A DNA stretch of 64,000 nucleotides from an uncultured virus (IMG/VR IMGVR_UViG_3300032093_000029). Taxonomy: Duplodnaviria; Heunggongvirae; Uroviricota; Caudoviricetes. The notes under the pieces are model-generated. The model did not search any database. It was not told the DNA's origin and saw only the letters and a list, made by a program, of their open reading frames with translations. Location of the stretch: IMG/VR virus record IMGVR_UViG_3300032093_000029. One strand, given 5' to 3'. This document shows, piece by piece, positions 54,995 through 64,000 of this stretch (positions are counted from its first letter, which is position 1; each line of letters opens with the position of its first letter). Made by a program: the position numbers and the translations under genes.

Positions 54995-55949
54995 CTATTT
55001 CAATTTCTACTACCCTTTTAATTTGAGAAAAGACTTCATTGTTCCACCTTTTTTGAACTTCAGTATTAAAATACCAATCGTCCTCAATTGGATGAAATCT
55101 TAACAGATCATCATCAATTACAATATGTCCAAGAAAATATCTACCTAAAGCTAGAGCATTTAAATTCTCAATAGGAATTATTTCCTGAGCTTCTTGTTCT
55201 ATAGTTTCATACCACTTATAGAATTGTAACTCAGTTGTTTTTTGGCAATACGTTTTATTCTGAAAACAAAGCCATACCTCAGAACTATACCTTTGTTGAA
55301 CTTTTACTTGTTTATTTGTAACAACTCTAACATCATCATCATGACAAGCGTGCATGTAGTCTTTACCTAAGGTGTTATATCCGAGATAAAGATGCCCCCA
55401 CGAGAAATCAGTAGTTAAAAATAATTTATCTTTTTCTTCCAATCTCCTACCATCATATGGCGGATAAACAGACACTAAGGCACTGTATTCTGGAAAATCT
55501 TTCACAGTTGTACCCATTGCAACTTCTGTTACATGAATCCATTCATTTAAATCCAACCAAAGTCTATGAACATCTTCACCAAGATATAATTTTTTATCCG
55601 CACCATATTCTTCAAATTTTTCATGTAAACTATTCAGTTTTTCCCTATTTGCATCACTCGTTCCACTCAAAAAACTCAACATATTAGAATTATATGCAGT
55701 ATTGATATCCTTCACTATTGAGTTTATTTTTTCAGTTAATTCATTTAAATGTAAATAATTTTTATTTGATATTTTGAGATTGAGTGATGCATTACTTCGG
55801 TTGAGATATGTTTTAACTTCATTCAACCACTTTTCCCTCAAACTATTTGGTTGCAAATAGTAAGTTAGTTGAAGTGGTTGTCCATTTTGTAACTCAAAAA
55901 TAAATTTTACATGTTTATCTTTTTCAAAAAACTCCACAATAAACCTCAA
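54978..55949 (-). CDS. hypothetical protein
   Basis: 323-aa ORF; LHEKFE, LNEWIH, LYLGYNTLGKD. Confidence 0.7.
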   Translation of the reverse strand: MRFIVEFFEKDKHVKFIFELQNGQPLQLTYYLQPNSLREKWLNEVKTYLNRSNASLNLKISNKNYLHLNELTEKINSIVKDINTAYNSNMLSFLSGTSDANREKLNSLHEKFEEYGADKKLYLGEDVHRLWLDLNEWIHVTEVAMGTTVKDFPEYSALVSVYPPYDGRRLEEKDKLFLTTDFSWGHLYLGYNTLGKDYMHACHDDDVRVVTNKQVKVQQRYSSEVWLCFQNKTYCQKTTELQFYKWYETIEQEAQEIIPIENLNALALGRYFLGHIVIDDDLLRFHPIEDDWYFNTEVQKRWNNEVFSQIKRVVEIEIDEQNN

Positions 55950-55970
55950 ATACTATAATAATTTATTTAA

Positions 55971-57257
55971 TCAATCTCTAGATGAATCATATTTTTCTCT
56001 CGCTTTTGATTCTTTCTTTTCCTTTTCGGTAAATCCATGTTTCATAACTCTTTCGTTATGACGAGTAGCCTTTCTTCTCTGTTCTTCCTCTGGGGATTCT
56101 TTTTCACCCTTTACTTTTGGTTCTTGTCTTGAACCAGGAAAGTTCTTAGAGTGTTCTTTCTCAGCCTTATGTTGAAGGTTAGTAATACCTGCTTTTAGTC
56201 TGGTCTCTTTACCTTTTTTCGCAGCCATAAAGGAAGATTTTGCTTTTTCTGCACGTTCCGCACGAGCCGAATCTCCACGATCAGAACCTTCTGTATCCAT
56301 CCTACGTGCTTCAATAATTTCTGCAAACCAAGATTCACTCATATTAAGAATGATTTTATCTGCAGACTCTTCATTTGAAGCATATCCTTCCTCAAGTAAA
56401 TGCGAAAGAACTACTTGATAAGTGTTGTAACTTTCATCAATTTCACCCATTGCTTTTTGCTTACGGAGTTTCTTAGGATTCTTGGTTACTGTACCAGGAC
56501 CTGGCTTGTGTCCACCAGCAGTGTACTCAACAGCACTATCTCTCGCATAATCTCTGCTATCTTGGTCAAGTTTACCCCTACCAGATTTACCCAACATACC
56601 AGACCATCTTGGTTTAGTAGATTTCTTACCACGATTTCCTGCATCAGGACCATTATCAATTCTCTGAGTATGCTTCTCAATTGCCTTTACTTTCTTAGTC
56701 TTCTCACCTTTCTGAGAATACTCACTTGCGGGTTTCTCACGTCTTGCGATAGCAAGTTTACCCATTGCTTGTCTTGCTTTAGGTGTCTTACCGTAAGAAC
56801 CTTCTGCTTCATAGATATCAAGCATGTCATCCCAAGTGTACTCGGATAGATCATAACCTTCTTCTACAAGAGACTCCACCCAAAGTTCAAAATCTTCTTT
56901 AGCAAACTCACCCATTGCTTTTTGCTTACGGAGTTTCTTAGGATTCTTAGTAATTCCACCAGGACCCTCTGAAGGATAATCATGACCGCGAGGAGAACCA
57001 TGTGCTGCACCTGCTCTTGCTTCCTCTCTATCAGAAGCAGTCATTCCTTTTCTTGGAGAAGTCTCAGGCCTTCTTTCTGCAGGATTAGTTCTTCTGAGCA
57101 TTTTCTTGAGGAAAGGCTTTCTCTTTGCAGTCATCTTGGTTTTTGATGCTGCAGCATATGCCTTTGGAGTTTCACCATAAGAACCTTCTGCTTCATCAAG
57201 TTGTTGATTAACTTGGTTATAAGCTTCTGTCAGATTTTGCAGGTCGTTAAAGTCCAT
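55971..57257 (-). CDS. modular basic putative internal head polyprotein
   Basis: LTEAY N-terminus; two AEGSYG...KNPKKLRKQKAMGE modules; HLLEEGYA...NMSESW domain; late promoter CTAAATA about 57280. Confidence 0.75.
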   Translation of the reverse strand: MDFNDLQNLTEAYNQVNQQLDEAEGSYGETPKAYAAASKTKMTAKRKPFLKKMLRRTNPAERRPETSPRKGMTASDREEARAGAAHGSPRGHDYPSEGPGGITKNPKKLRKQKAMGEFAKEDFELWVESLVEEGYDLSEYTWDDMLDIYEAEGSYGKTPKARQAMGKLAIARREKPASEYSQKGEKTKKVKAIEKHTQRIDNGPDAGNRGKKSTKPRWSGMLGKSGRGKLDQDSRDYARDSAVEYTAGGHKPGPGTVTKNPKKLRKQKAMGEIDESYNTYQVVLSHLLEEGYASNEESADKIILNMSESWFAEIIEARRMDTEGSDRGDSARAERAEKAKSSFMAAKKGKETRLKAGITNLQHKAEKEHSKNFPGSRQEPKVKGEKESPEEEQRRKATRHNERVMKHGFTEKEKKESKAREKYDSSRD

Positions 57258-57307
57258 TTTTTTACAAATACTTTGTAAGTATTTAGTAAAAAAGAGGGGT
57301 TTCCCCC

Positions 57308-59518
57308 TCAAGCAACAAGATCAATAAACTCACCAAGAATTTTTTTATTCATCTTCTTACTCTTTAGAGACTTTGCGAATGCAGATTTAATTTGGGATTT
57401 TGTTGCACATTCATGAACATCAAACTCAGAATCTTGAGAAAGTGCCGAACCAGAAAGGCCAAAGTAAGAATGATAACCAGAATTTTTAATTGAAAAAGAT
57501 TTATTCTTTTTCCAATCATTCATGATTTTTACATATTCTTTATTGTCTTGAGCATAACCAGAACTATATTCATAATTATCGTAATACTTACGAATGAAAG
57601 AATTAGCTTCACGATTTTCAAGAACCCGCATACCAATAAAATTCACAGAAGGAAAACGATCACGAAGGTTCTGAAGAAGAGTGTCCGTAAATTGATGAAA
57701 TTCAAATGGTACTTTATAAGTACAGCCAGTTTTACGATCACGAATGAAAGTAGGGTGACTATTAAGAGAGTTCAATCCAATATAAGGTTCTCCACCATCA
57801 ACAGAACGATTTTTAAACTCTTTGTGAAACTTCATATAACAAGCTTCACCATCGGTTAAAACTACACATTGAACTTTCTGGAGTTTATTTTCCTTTTGAA
57901 ACTTAGGCAAAATTTGATGCATTGCAATCAAAGCTTCATTCAAAGGAGTTCCAGAAAGAAGTAGTCTAGTCGGAGTATTATACATTGGAGCATCATTATA
58001 AGAATACTTAAATTCTTTAGCAATGCGATAAATGTTAATCATTTGTTCTTCCAGAACACGATTATTTACTTTACTAGTAAAAAGATTCATCATGGAAAAT
58101 GTTTCATCTACACAGATGAGTCCAGATTTCTTTTGATAGTGTGGTTCCATCCTCATAAAGTTTCCCTTTTCGTCATATGTACTACGACGCCACTCATTAG
58201 TAAATGCATAAACTTCGAAGGGAATAGAAACCTTCTTACAGAACCAAATCAAATTATAAAGTTGTTTGATTGTATCCTGCATCACATTTGACATTGAGCC
58301 AGACCAGTCCAGGACAAACACTAGGCCATGATTTTTTCCGTTTGCAAGAGTGGTTACCTTACGGAACAAATCTTCATTATACTTATAAGTATGAAGTTTA
58401 GAACAATCTAGAACACCAGTACGAGCAGTAGTGGAACGAGCGTATGAATCTGCAGCTTTCCGACATTCAAACTCTTTCACCAAGTAGTTAACTTCTTTCT
58501 GAGCAGAACGTTTGAACTCTCGAAAATCTTTATCAATTTTTCCAAACAAAAATTCCTTAGCATTAGATTGACTCTTACTAAGAGATTCTACTGATTTGTT
58601 CCACCAATCATTAATTTCATCATGAACTTCAGAATTAGATGCAATGACAGTTTCTAGATTAAGTTTGGGAAGTTCCACATAAACATTTTCATACGAAGAG
58701 CTGTTGACAAGATCTCGAATAGATTCTTCCAAATTATCTGCAGTATGGACTTTAGGATCAGAAGTCTCTCCACCCTGATTTGAAGTTCCCTTAGAAGGTT
58801 GATCAATATCATCCCCCGATTCACCATCAGAAGGAGTCTGGCCACCTTCACCAGAGGTTTCAAGTGTATTCTGATCCGAATATTCTTCTTGGGGTTCTGA
58901 GGAAGGTTCTGAACTGTTTCCAGAATTTTGTTCCACTGTATCAATAGAATCAATCTTCATTTGTTGATCCTGTTCTTTCTTGCAGTACTCATAAAGTTTT
59001 ACCGCAGCTTGAATCGCTTCATCAAAAGTTTCTGCATCACCAATCATAGTGATGATTTCTTGTTCTTCCTGATTAAACTGTATATCAATGTAGTTACCAA
59101 TCTTAAAGTAAAGATTGGCACGATCTGCAAGATTAAACTTAGAAATATCTTCTTCCTTTACTTGGAAAAAATCATCCTCGTGAAGTTCACGATAACCCGC
59201 ATAAAAACACTTATTGAGACCCGCATACCTACGTTTCATCAACTTTTCAATACGAGCATCTTCCGTAACATTCACAAATTGTTGTGGGATGGAAAACTTT
59301 TCACTCCAGTCCTCGTTAGGAGTATAAAGTGCATGACCCACTTCATGACCAACAAGCATATCGTAGACAACGTTAGAAGCCTTCTCCCACATCGGGAGAA
59401 TCAGGACACGAGTATCCACATTGAAAGACGCAGTGGGAACGTGTTTGTGTTCCACCACCAGATCTTCAGTAGCGAGGAGACGGGCAAGATGACCTTTGAC
59501 TTCGTGATTAACAGACAT
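57308..59518 (-). CDS. metallopeptidase plus VWA domain protein (CobT-like partner of CobS-like ATPase)
   Basis: GHEVGH, EDARIE, LDWSGSM MIDAS, GTPL, LTDGE. Confidence 0.85.
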   Translation of the reverse strand: MSVNHEVKGHLARLLATEDLVVEHKHVPTASFNVDTRVLILPMWEKASNVVYDMLVGHEVGHALYTPNEDWSEKFSIPQQFVNVTEDARIEKLMKRRYAGLNKCFYAGYRELHEDDFFQVKEEDISKFNLADRANLYFKIGNYIDIQFNQEEQEIITMIGDAETFDEAIQAAVKLYEYCKKEQDQQMKIDSIDTVEQNSGNSSEPSSEPQEEYSDQNTLETSGEGGQTPSDGESGDDIDQPSKGTSNQGGETSDPKVHTADNLEESIRDLVNSSSYENVYVELPKLNLETVIASNSEVHDEINDWWNKSVESLSKSQSNAKEFLFGKIDKDFREFKRSAQKEVNYLVKEFECRKAADSYARSTTARTGVLDCSKLHTYKYNEDLFRKVTTLANGKNHGLVFVLDWSGSMSNVMQDTIKQLYNLIWFCKKVSIPFEVYAFTNEWRRSTYDEKGNFMRMEPHYQKKSGLICVDETFSMMNLFTSKVNNRVLEEQMINIYRIAKEFKYSYNDAPMYNTPTRLLLSGTPLNEALIAMHQILPKFQKENKLQKVQCVVLTDGEACYMKFHKEFKNRSVDGGEPYIGLNSLNSHPTFIRDRKTGCTYKVPFEFHQFTDTLLQNLRDRFPSVNFIGMRVLENREANSFIRKYYDNYEYSSGYAQDNKEYVKIMNDWKKNKSFSIKNSGYHSYFGLSGSALSQDSEFDVHECATKSQIKSAFAKSLKSKKMNKKILGEFIDLVA

Positions 59519-59576
59519 GAACTTTGTTTCGTATGTGGCTATATTACATGAAAAAAGGGGTCTGATTAGACCCCTT

Positions 59577-59598
59577 GTGACACTTTTTAAACTGTCAC
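59577..59598 (-). promoter_or_regulatory. cyanophage early-promoter palindrome
   Basis: GTGACAGTTTAAAAAGTGTCAC with TAATAT 30 nt downstream; spacer contains a terminator hairpin. Confidence 0.7.
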
Positions 59599-61310
59599 AC
59601 CATTTTACTAAATCCTTTAATTTTATCAAATTTTATCACTTTTTCAAACTTATCCATAAGATCATCCGTCTTATGTGAAATCACAAATACATGAGCATCC
59701 TGAATGACATAACGAATAATATTTGTGAAGAAATCTGTTCCTGCTCCGTCTAAAGAACTATCAAAAATTTCATCTAGGATGAGAAGATTTGTACTGGCCG
59801 AATTTCTAAGTTTGGCAATGTCTCTCCAAGTAAATAAGAGAGAAAGGTCAATACGCATCTTCTCACCTTCACTAAATGACTCATAACTAAAATCTTCATG
59901 AACTGGTGACTTAATAACCTCCTTAAACTCTTCATCCAGTGTAAAGTTGATGTAGAAGTCCATCATCTGTAGATACTTGTTTATCTGCTGATTCATAAGA
60001 GGCAGATACTTTTTGATGATTTTAGACTTCACTCCACCATCTTTCATCAATGAATGAGCAAAATCGTAGTAACTAATCTGTTCCTTTTCGTTAGATCTAT
60101 CTTTTTCTATTTTGTCTAGATCTTTTATTAAGTTTTCAAGGGTTTTACGCTCAGTATTTCTGTTTTGAATTTGTTCGGTAATTTCTTGAATTTCATGTCC
60201 AAGATTTCTGATCTGTTTGTTAAGCCCAGTAATCTTAACATTGTTTGTGGTAATGTCATTGTTGAGTTTACTAATCTCCGTAGAATAAGATAAAAATTGT
60301 TGGTCTTTCTCTTGTTCTACATTGATGGCATCCTCCAACTCTCGGTATCCATCATTGAGTTCTTTGGATTTCTCCTCGATATCGACAATCTTATTTAAGC
60401 GAAATTCATTCTCTATACTTTGGGTACAAGTAGGACAAACCGTATTTTCCTGAAAAAACTTATGTTCAGAGACAAGAGTTTGAATCTTTTGTTCTAGTTT
60501 TGCCTTGATAGAATTAAGTTTCTTTAGAGTTGAATTTGTACTAGTAAGTTCTTCCAACTTTGGTTGAAGTTCTTTTTCAATCATCATTGAAATTCCTTCA
60601 TTATCAGTATTCAATTCATCAATTTCATTCTCAATAAATTTAATACTATCTTTTTTCTTTTGGATTCTTTCTTTACCACTTTCATCAAGATTCTTAATAA
60701 AGTTCTCTTGCATTTCAATCTTATCTTCAATCATGTCTTTCTTGATTGAATATTCACGAATGAGTTCATTTGTTTTACGCATTCGTTCTTTTAAGATATT
60801 GTTCATTGTAGAAAAAATCTTAATGTCTAAAAGATCTTCTACAATTTCCCTACGATGGGAAGAAGTTAATTGCATAAAAGGGACGAATGTAGCCGAACCT
60901 AAGATGACTGTTTGGGTGAAAGATTTATAATTAAGTTTTAAAATATTTTCTTCTAACTTTTTCTGCTGATCTTGAGCTGCAGAGTCTTGATTTTGTATTG
61001 TCCCGTCAATCCAAATTTCAAAAATATTTGGTTTGATACCTCTCACAACTTTATAATTTTTATTACCAATATCAAATTCAATTTCTACAAGACAGTCCTT
61101 CTCATTCACAGAATTAATAAGTTGTGGTTTATTAATTTTTCTGAATGGTTTATTATACAAAACAAAAGTAAGAGCATCAAGAATTGTACTCTTACCGGAA
61201 CCATTAGTTCCTACAATTAAGTTTGTCTTAGCGTCTTGAAAATTTACTTCGGTAAATTGATTTCCAGTAGAAAGAAAGTTACGCCAACGAATCGTTTTGA
61301 AAAGTATCAT
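59595..61310 (-). CDS. 46: recombination endonuclease ATPase subunit (gp46, Rad50-like)
   Basis: GTNGSGKS, CPTC zinc hook, FSEGE, LILDEIFDSSLD, ISHK. Confidence 0.96.
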   Translation of the reverse strand: MILFKTIRWRNFLSTGNQFTEVNFQDAKTNLIVGTNGSGKSTILDALTFVLYNKPFRKINKPQLINSVNEKDCLVEIEFDIGNKNYKVVRGIKPNIFEIWIDGTIQNQDSAAQDQQKKLEENILKLNYKSFTQTVILGSATFVPFMQLTSSHRREIVEDLLDIKIFSTMNNILKERMRKTNELIREYSIKKDMIEDKIEMQENFIKNLDESGKERIQKKKDSIKFIENEIDELNTDNEGISMMIEKELQPKLEELTSTNSTLKKLNSIKAKLEQKIQTLVSEHKFFQENTVCPTCTQSIENEFRLNKIVDIEEKSKELNDGYRELEDAINVEQEKDQQFLSYSTEISKLNNDITTNNVKITGLNKQIRNLGHEIQEITEQIQNRNTERKTLENLIKDLDKIEKDRSNEKEQISYYDFAHSLMKDGGVKSKIIKKYLPLMNQQINKYLQMMDFYINFTLDEEFKEVIKSPVHEDFSYESFSEGEKMRIDLSLLFTWRDIAKLRNSASTNLLILDEIFDSSLDGAGTDFFTNIIRYVIQDAHVFVISHKTDDLMDKFEKVIKFDKIKGFSKMV

Positions 61311-61563
61311 ATTTTCGGGGAGGAATCACAAAATCATCAGGAGTTATAATTGCATACTTATAATTATACTGGTGGCAAGTCTTTATTGCAAGTTCTGGAT
61401 CAACTTCAACAACTTCCATCTCAGGATAATCTTCAGCTTCTAAAAGACCGGCAAATCTTTCAGCGTCATCTTCATCTTGGAAAAAATATAATGTCTTATC
61501 GCCATGAGTATCCGAAACAGCATATGCACCGTCTTCTTCTCCATATGGCGTGATCATGTACAT
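61279..61563 (-). CDS. conserved cyanophage hypothetical protein
   Basis: GAYAV...FQDEDDAER...DDFVIPP. Confidence 0.75.
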   Translation of the reverse strand: MYMITPYGEEDGAYAVSDTHGDKTLYFFQDEDDAERFAGLLEAEDYPEMEVVEVDPELAIKTCHQYNYKYAIITPDDFVIPPRKYDTFQNDSLA

Positions 61564-61565
61564 AC

Positions 61566-62612
61566 TTATTCTATTTCGCAAGCTTCTTGATAGACCTCTC
61601 GCAAAAGAGTTTTGACTTTTTCCTTATCCAAGTCAAAATCAGAGTCTTCTACATATTTATTTAAAATGGTAATAGTATCTTCTATTTTTTCTTGATCGAA
61701 GTCAACATTATCATCATTGACTTCAAAGTTTTCAACAATCTTAATATCAACTACACCAGTCTTATAGATCTTATCCACAAACTTTTCAAATAAAAGTTGA
61801 TCGGATTTTTTGCGAACAATAATTTTAACAATCTTATCTTTATAAGGAGTTGTATTGAAAAGTTTGGGATTATGATCCTCATAATAAATTCTTTCAAACA
61901 TATTATAAGGATTTTGAACAAACTCTAATTGAAAAGTTTCAGTATCAAAGAAATTGAATCCTCGTTTATCATCAACATCATTCCAATAAAGTTGATAGGC
62001 ATTACCCAAATAAAAAATCTTACCGTTATTAGAACGAGTGTGGTAATGTCCAGAACAAACGATTCTAAACTTATCAAATACACTAATATCCATTCCATGT
62101 TGTTGAATATTTCCAGGATAAACACTGAATCCATTCAACTCAAGATGACCAAAAGCAGCTTTTGCAGTTGTATCTGAAAGTTTATCTAAAGTTTCTTGTT
62201 GATTCTCTGGAGAAATCCAGGGAATCATAAAGGTTTTAAACCCATCAATTTCATACTCACCGGGACTAGAAATTGGAACAATATTGTCATACTCTCTTAA
62301 CAGGGACTCAATAGAGTTGACTTCATTTGTATTTTTGTAGTACGCATCATGATTACCTACAATCTGATATACGGTTATACCTAGATCTCGGAATCTATCA
62401 TATACATTTTCTTTTGCCCAGTTCAAACACCAAAAATCAATTGATTTACGGCTATCAAATGCATCACCAAGATGAATGCAATGTTTGATTTTTCTCTTTT
62501 CTAATTCTGGAAAAAAGATGTCTTCATAAAACTTTTTAAAATAATCATGAAAGGTTTTACTACCTTTTCTAGCCCCATAATGGGTATCTGTCACACAAGC
62601 AATTAATGTCAT
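61566..62612 (-). CDS. 47: recombination endonuclease nuclease subunit (gp47, Mre11-like)
   Basis: TDTHYG, HLGD, VGNHD, SGHYH. Confidence 0.95.
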   Translation of the reverse strand: MTLIACVTDTHYGARKGSKTFHDYFKKFYEDIFFPELEKRKIKHCIHLGDAFDSRKSIDFWCLNWAKENVYDRFRDLGITVYQIVGNHDAYYKNTNEVNSIESLLREYDNIVPISSPGEYEIDGFKTFMIPWISPENQQETLDKLSDTTAKAAFGHLELNGFSVYPGNIQQHGMDISVFDKFRIVCSGHYHTRSNNGKIFYLGNAYQLYWNDVDDKRGFNFFDTETFQLEFVQNPYNMFERIYYEDHNPKLFNTTPYKDKIVKIIVRKKSDQLLFEKFVDKIYKTGVVDIKIVENFEVNDDNVDFDQEKIEDTITILNKYVEDSDFDLDKEKVKTLLREVYQEACEIE

Positions 62613-63088
62613 TGATACATCTTTGTTTGAATTGCATCTTTAATACTATTATACTCTGCAGAATTGAATCCGTCATCATCTACTGTAAATACTTCATCAT
62701 ATCCAGATCTTTCGATGATTTTGGAACGAATCTCCATTTGTTTCTTTTCTTTTTGAATTCTCCTTAGAAAAGCATAATGAATAATTTGAGTAAAATATGC
62801 AAATGGGTTTGAAGATTTCTCTGGGTTGAAATTATGGATGTACTGAACACAGTTCTCAATACCATCACAAATCATATCCTCACGGAACATATAGTTCACA
62901 AAATTTGGTTTATACGATAAGTGAGTTGCAATCTTTAGAAAACATTCCCCGAGATAATTTGTAATACGTGGTTTTGGTTCACCATTTTCTGCGGCTACTT
63001 TAACCTTTCTTTTGTATTCACATATTGCTTCAAGAAATTCTTTGTTATTTACGTAATGTTCTGATCTTTTTCTTTTTGGTGCCTGCAT
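62609..63088 (-). CDS. 55: late-transcription sigma factor (gp55)
   Basis: HYVNNKEF, PNFVNY, NPFAYFTQI, AFLRRIQKEKKQ. Confidence 0.96.
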   Translation of the reverse strand: MQAPKRKRSEHYVNNKEFLEAICEYKRKVKVAAENGEPKPRITNYLGECFLKIATHLSYKPNFVNYMFREDMICDGIENCVQYIHNFNPEKSSNPFAYFTQIIHYAFLRRIQKEKKQMEIRSKIIERSGYDEVFTVDDDGFNSAEYNSIKDAIQTKMYQ

Positions 63089-63193
63089 TTCATGAGTCCC
63101 TGTTTATATTAAGTGTTCTTATTATAACAGAATGTTCGGCTATTGACAATACCCTAGAATATCCGGTACAATAACTCTGTGGGGTTTCAAAGA

Positions 63194-63598
63194 TCAGCTA
63201 TCTTTAATATCTTGGCTCCTATAGAGTTTTTCAAGTCTCTTTCTCGTTTCTGAAACCGAAGCTAGATATCCCATTTCTGGAGTAAGAGGATTTTTTGAGT
63301 TTTTACTGTCCTTTTGTCTCAAGAATTTGTGATACATTTCAATTGTTTCTTCATCACGAACTTCACTAAGAGTAAGAACTCTATCCATATCGAGTAAGAA
63401 AGTATCATCATCAGCAAACTTAAGCCATGGATCTATTTTGTATCCTTGCATACCAAGCTGTTTCATAACAACAACTTCTATTACAACAGGATTGTTCAAT
63501 ATTAACATTGTTCTACCTTCTTCTTCAGATGGGCAAACAATAGAGAATATCTCCTCCCCTGATACTAATTTAATAACTGCATAGAAATCTTCTTCCAT
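63194..63598 (-). CDS. conserved hypothetical protein
   Basis: IKLVSGEEI...PW...MGYLASV. Confidence 0.75.
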   Translation of the reverse strand: MEEDFYAVIKLVSGEEIFSIVCPSEEEGRTMLILNNPVVIEVVVMKQLGMQGYKIDPWLKFADDDTFLLDMDRVLTLSEVRDEETIEMYHKFLRQKDSKNSKNPLTPEMGYLASVSETRKRLEKLYRSQDIKDS

Positions 63599-64000
63599 CA
63601 TTCTTTTAAGTTTACCTGTACAAACTCGTAGTTAAAATGTTCTTCATTATAAATTTTGACTCTTTCTATCAGATGATTTAGTGTGTAATTTTTTCTTGAG
63701 TTTTTAGTGCAGTCATCAGCAATATCATAAAGTACAGCCTGAGTTTTATTATCACCTTTCCTTAAAACTCTTCCGATTGATTGGAGATTACGGATTCTAG
63801 ACTTCGAAGGTGAAGCAAAAATAACGTTATGTAGATTCTTAATGTTAATTCCTGTACTAAACGTACCATACGAAGCCACAATGATTGCATTCTGTTCTCT
63901 TTCCGTAATCTCTCTGACTAACTCTCTTTCTTCTGCATCTACTCCACCATGAACATAAAAAACCTTACGTCCATCCTTGACCGAATTATTTATTGATTCA
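63598..64000 (-). CDS. uvsW: UvsW helicase, C-terminal part (truncated by window edge)
   Basis: VHGGV, ASYGTFSTGINI, QSIGRVLR, LYDIADD. Confidence 0.92.
   Translation of the reverse strand, partial: ESINNSVKDGRKVFYVHGGVDAEERELVREITEREQNAIIVASYGTFSTGINIKNLHNVIFASPSKSRIRNLQSIGRVLRKGDNKTQAVLYDIADDCTKNSRKNYTLNHLIERVKIYNEEHFNYEFVQVNLKE

Noticed and set aside
1..64000. Stop-codon reassignment
   Set aside because: Core genes are intact under code 11 and no suppressor anticodon is present

Overview
64-kb segment of a large T4-like cyanomyophage genome. The host is most likely a picocyanobacterium of the Synechococcus/Cyanobium/Prochlorococcus radiation, judged from the permuted tmRNA, ndhP, gnd and cyanophage-type core genes. 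Almost everything lies on the minus strand except a plus-strand tail-fibre block (11.9-18.8 kb). Contents in order: (i) host-like metabolic genes (ndhP, gnd, dps); (ii) a 4.6-kb RNA island with 24 canonical tRNAs (19 amino acids, no Cys, including A34 Leu-AAG and Thr-AGT), two tRNA mimics with broken anticodon arms, a manA-like RNA, a circularly permuted two-piece tmRNA with tag ANNIVAFSRSKSTALV, and a second unexplained structured element echoing the tmRNA coding piece, all preceded by an early-promoter palindrome and an rrn-like boxB/boxA; (iii) a carbamoyltransferase/SGNH module; (iv) tail fibre, secreted and outer-membrane proteins and lysis enzymes; (v) nrdAB, primase and putative head-packaged polyproteins; (vi) the T4-like replication module (gp41, uvsX, gp43, regA, gp62/44/45, gp46/47, gp55, uvsW). 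All calls come from manual reading and motif recall; no database searches were run.
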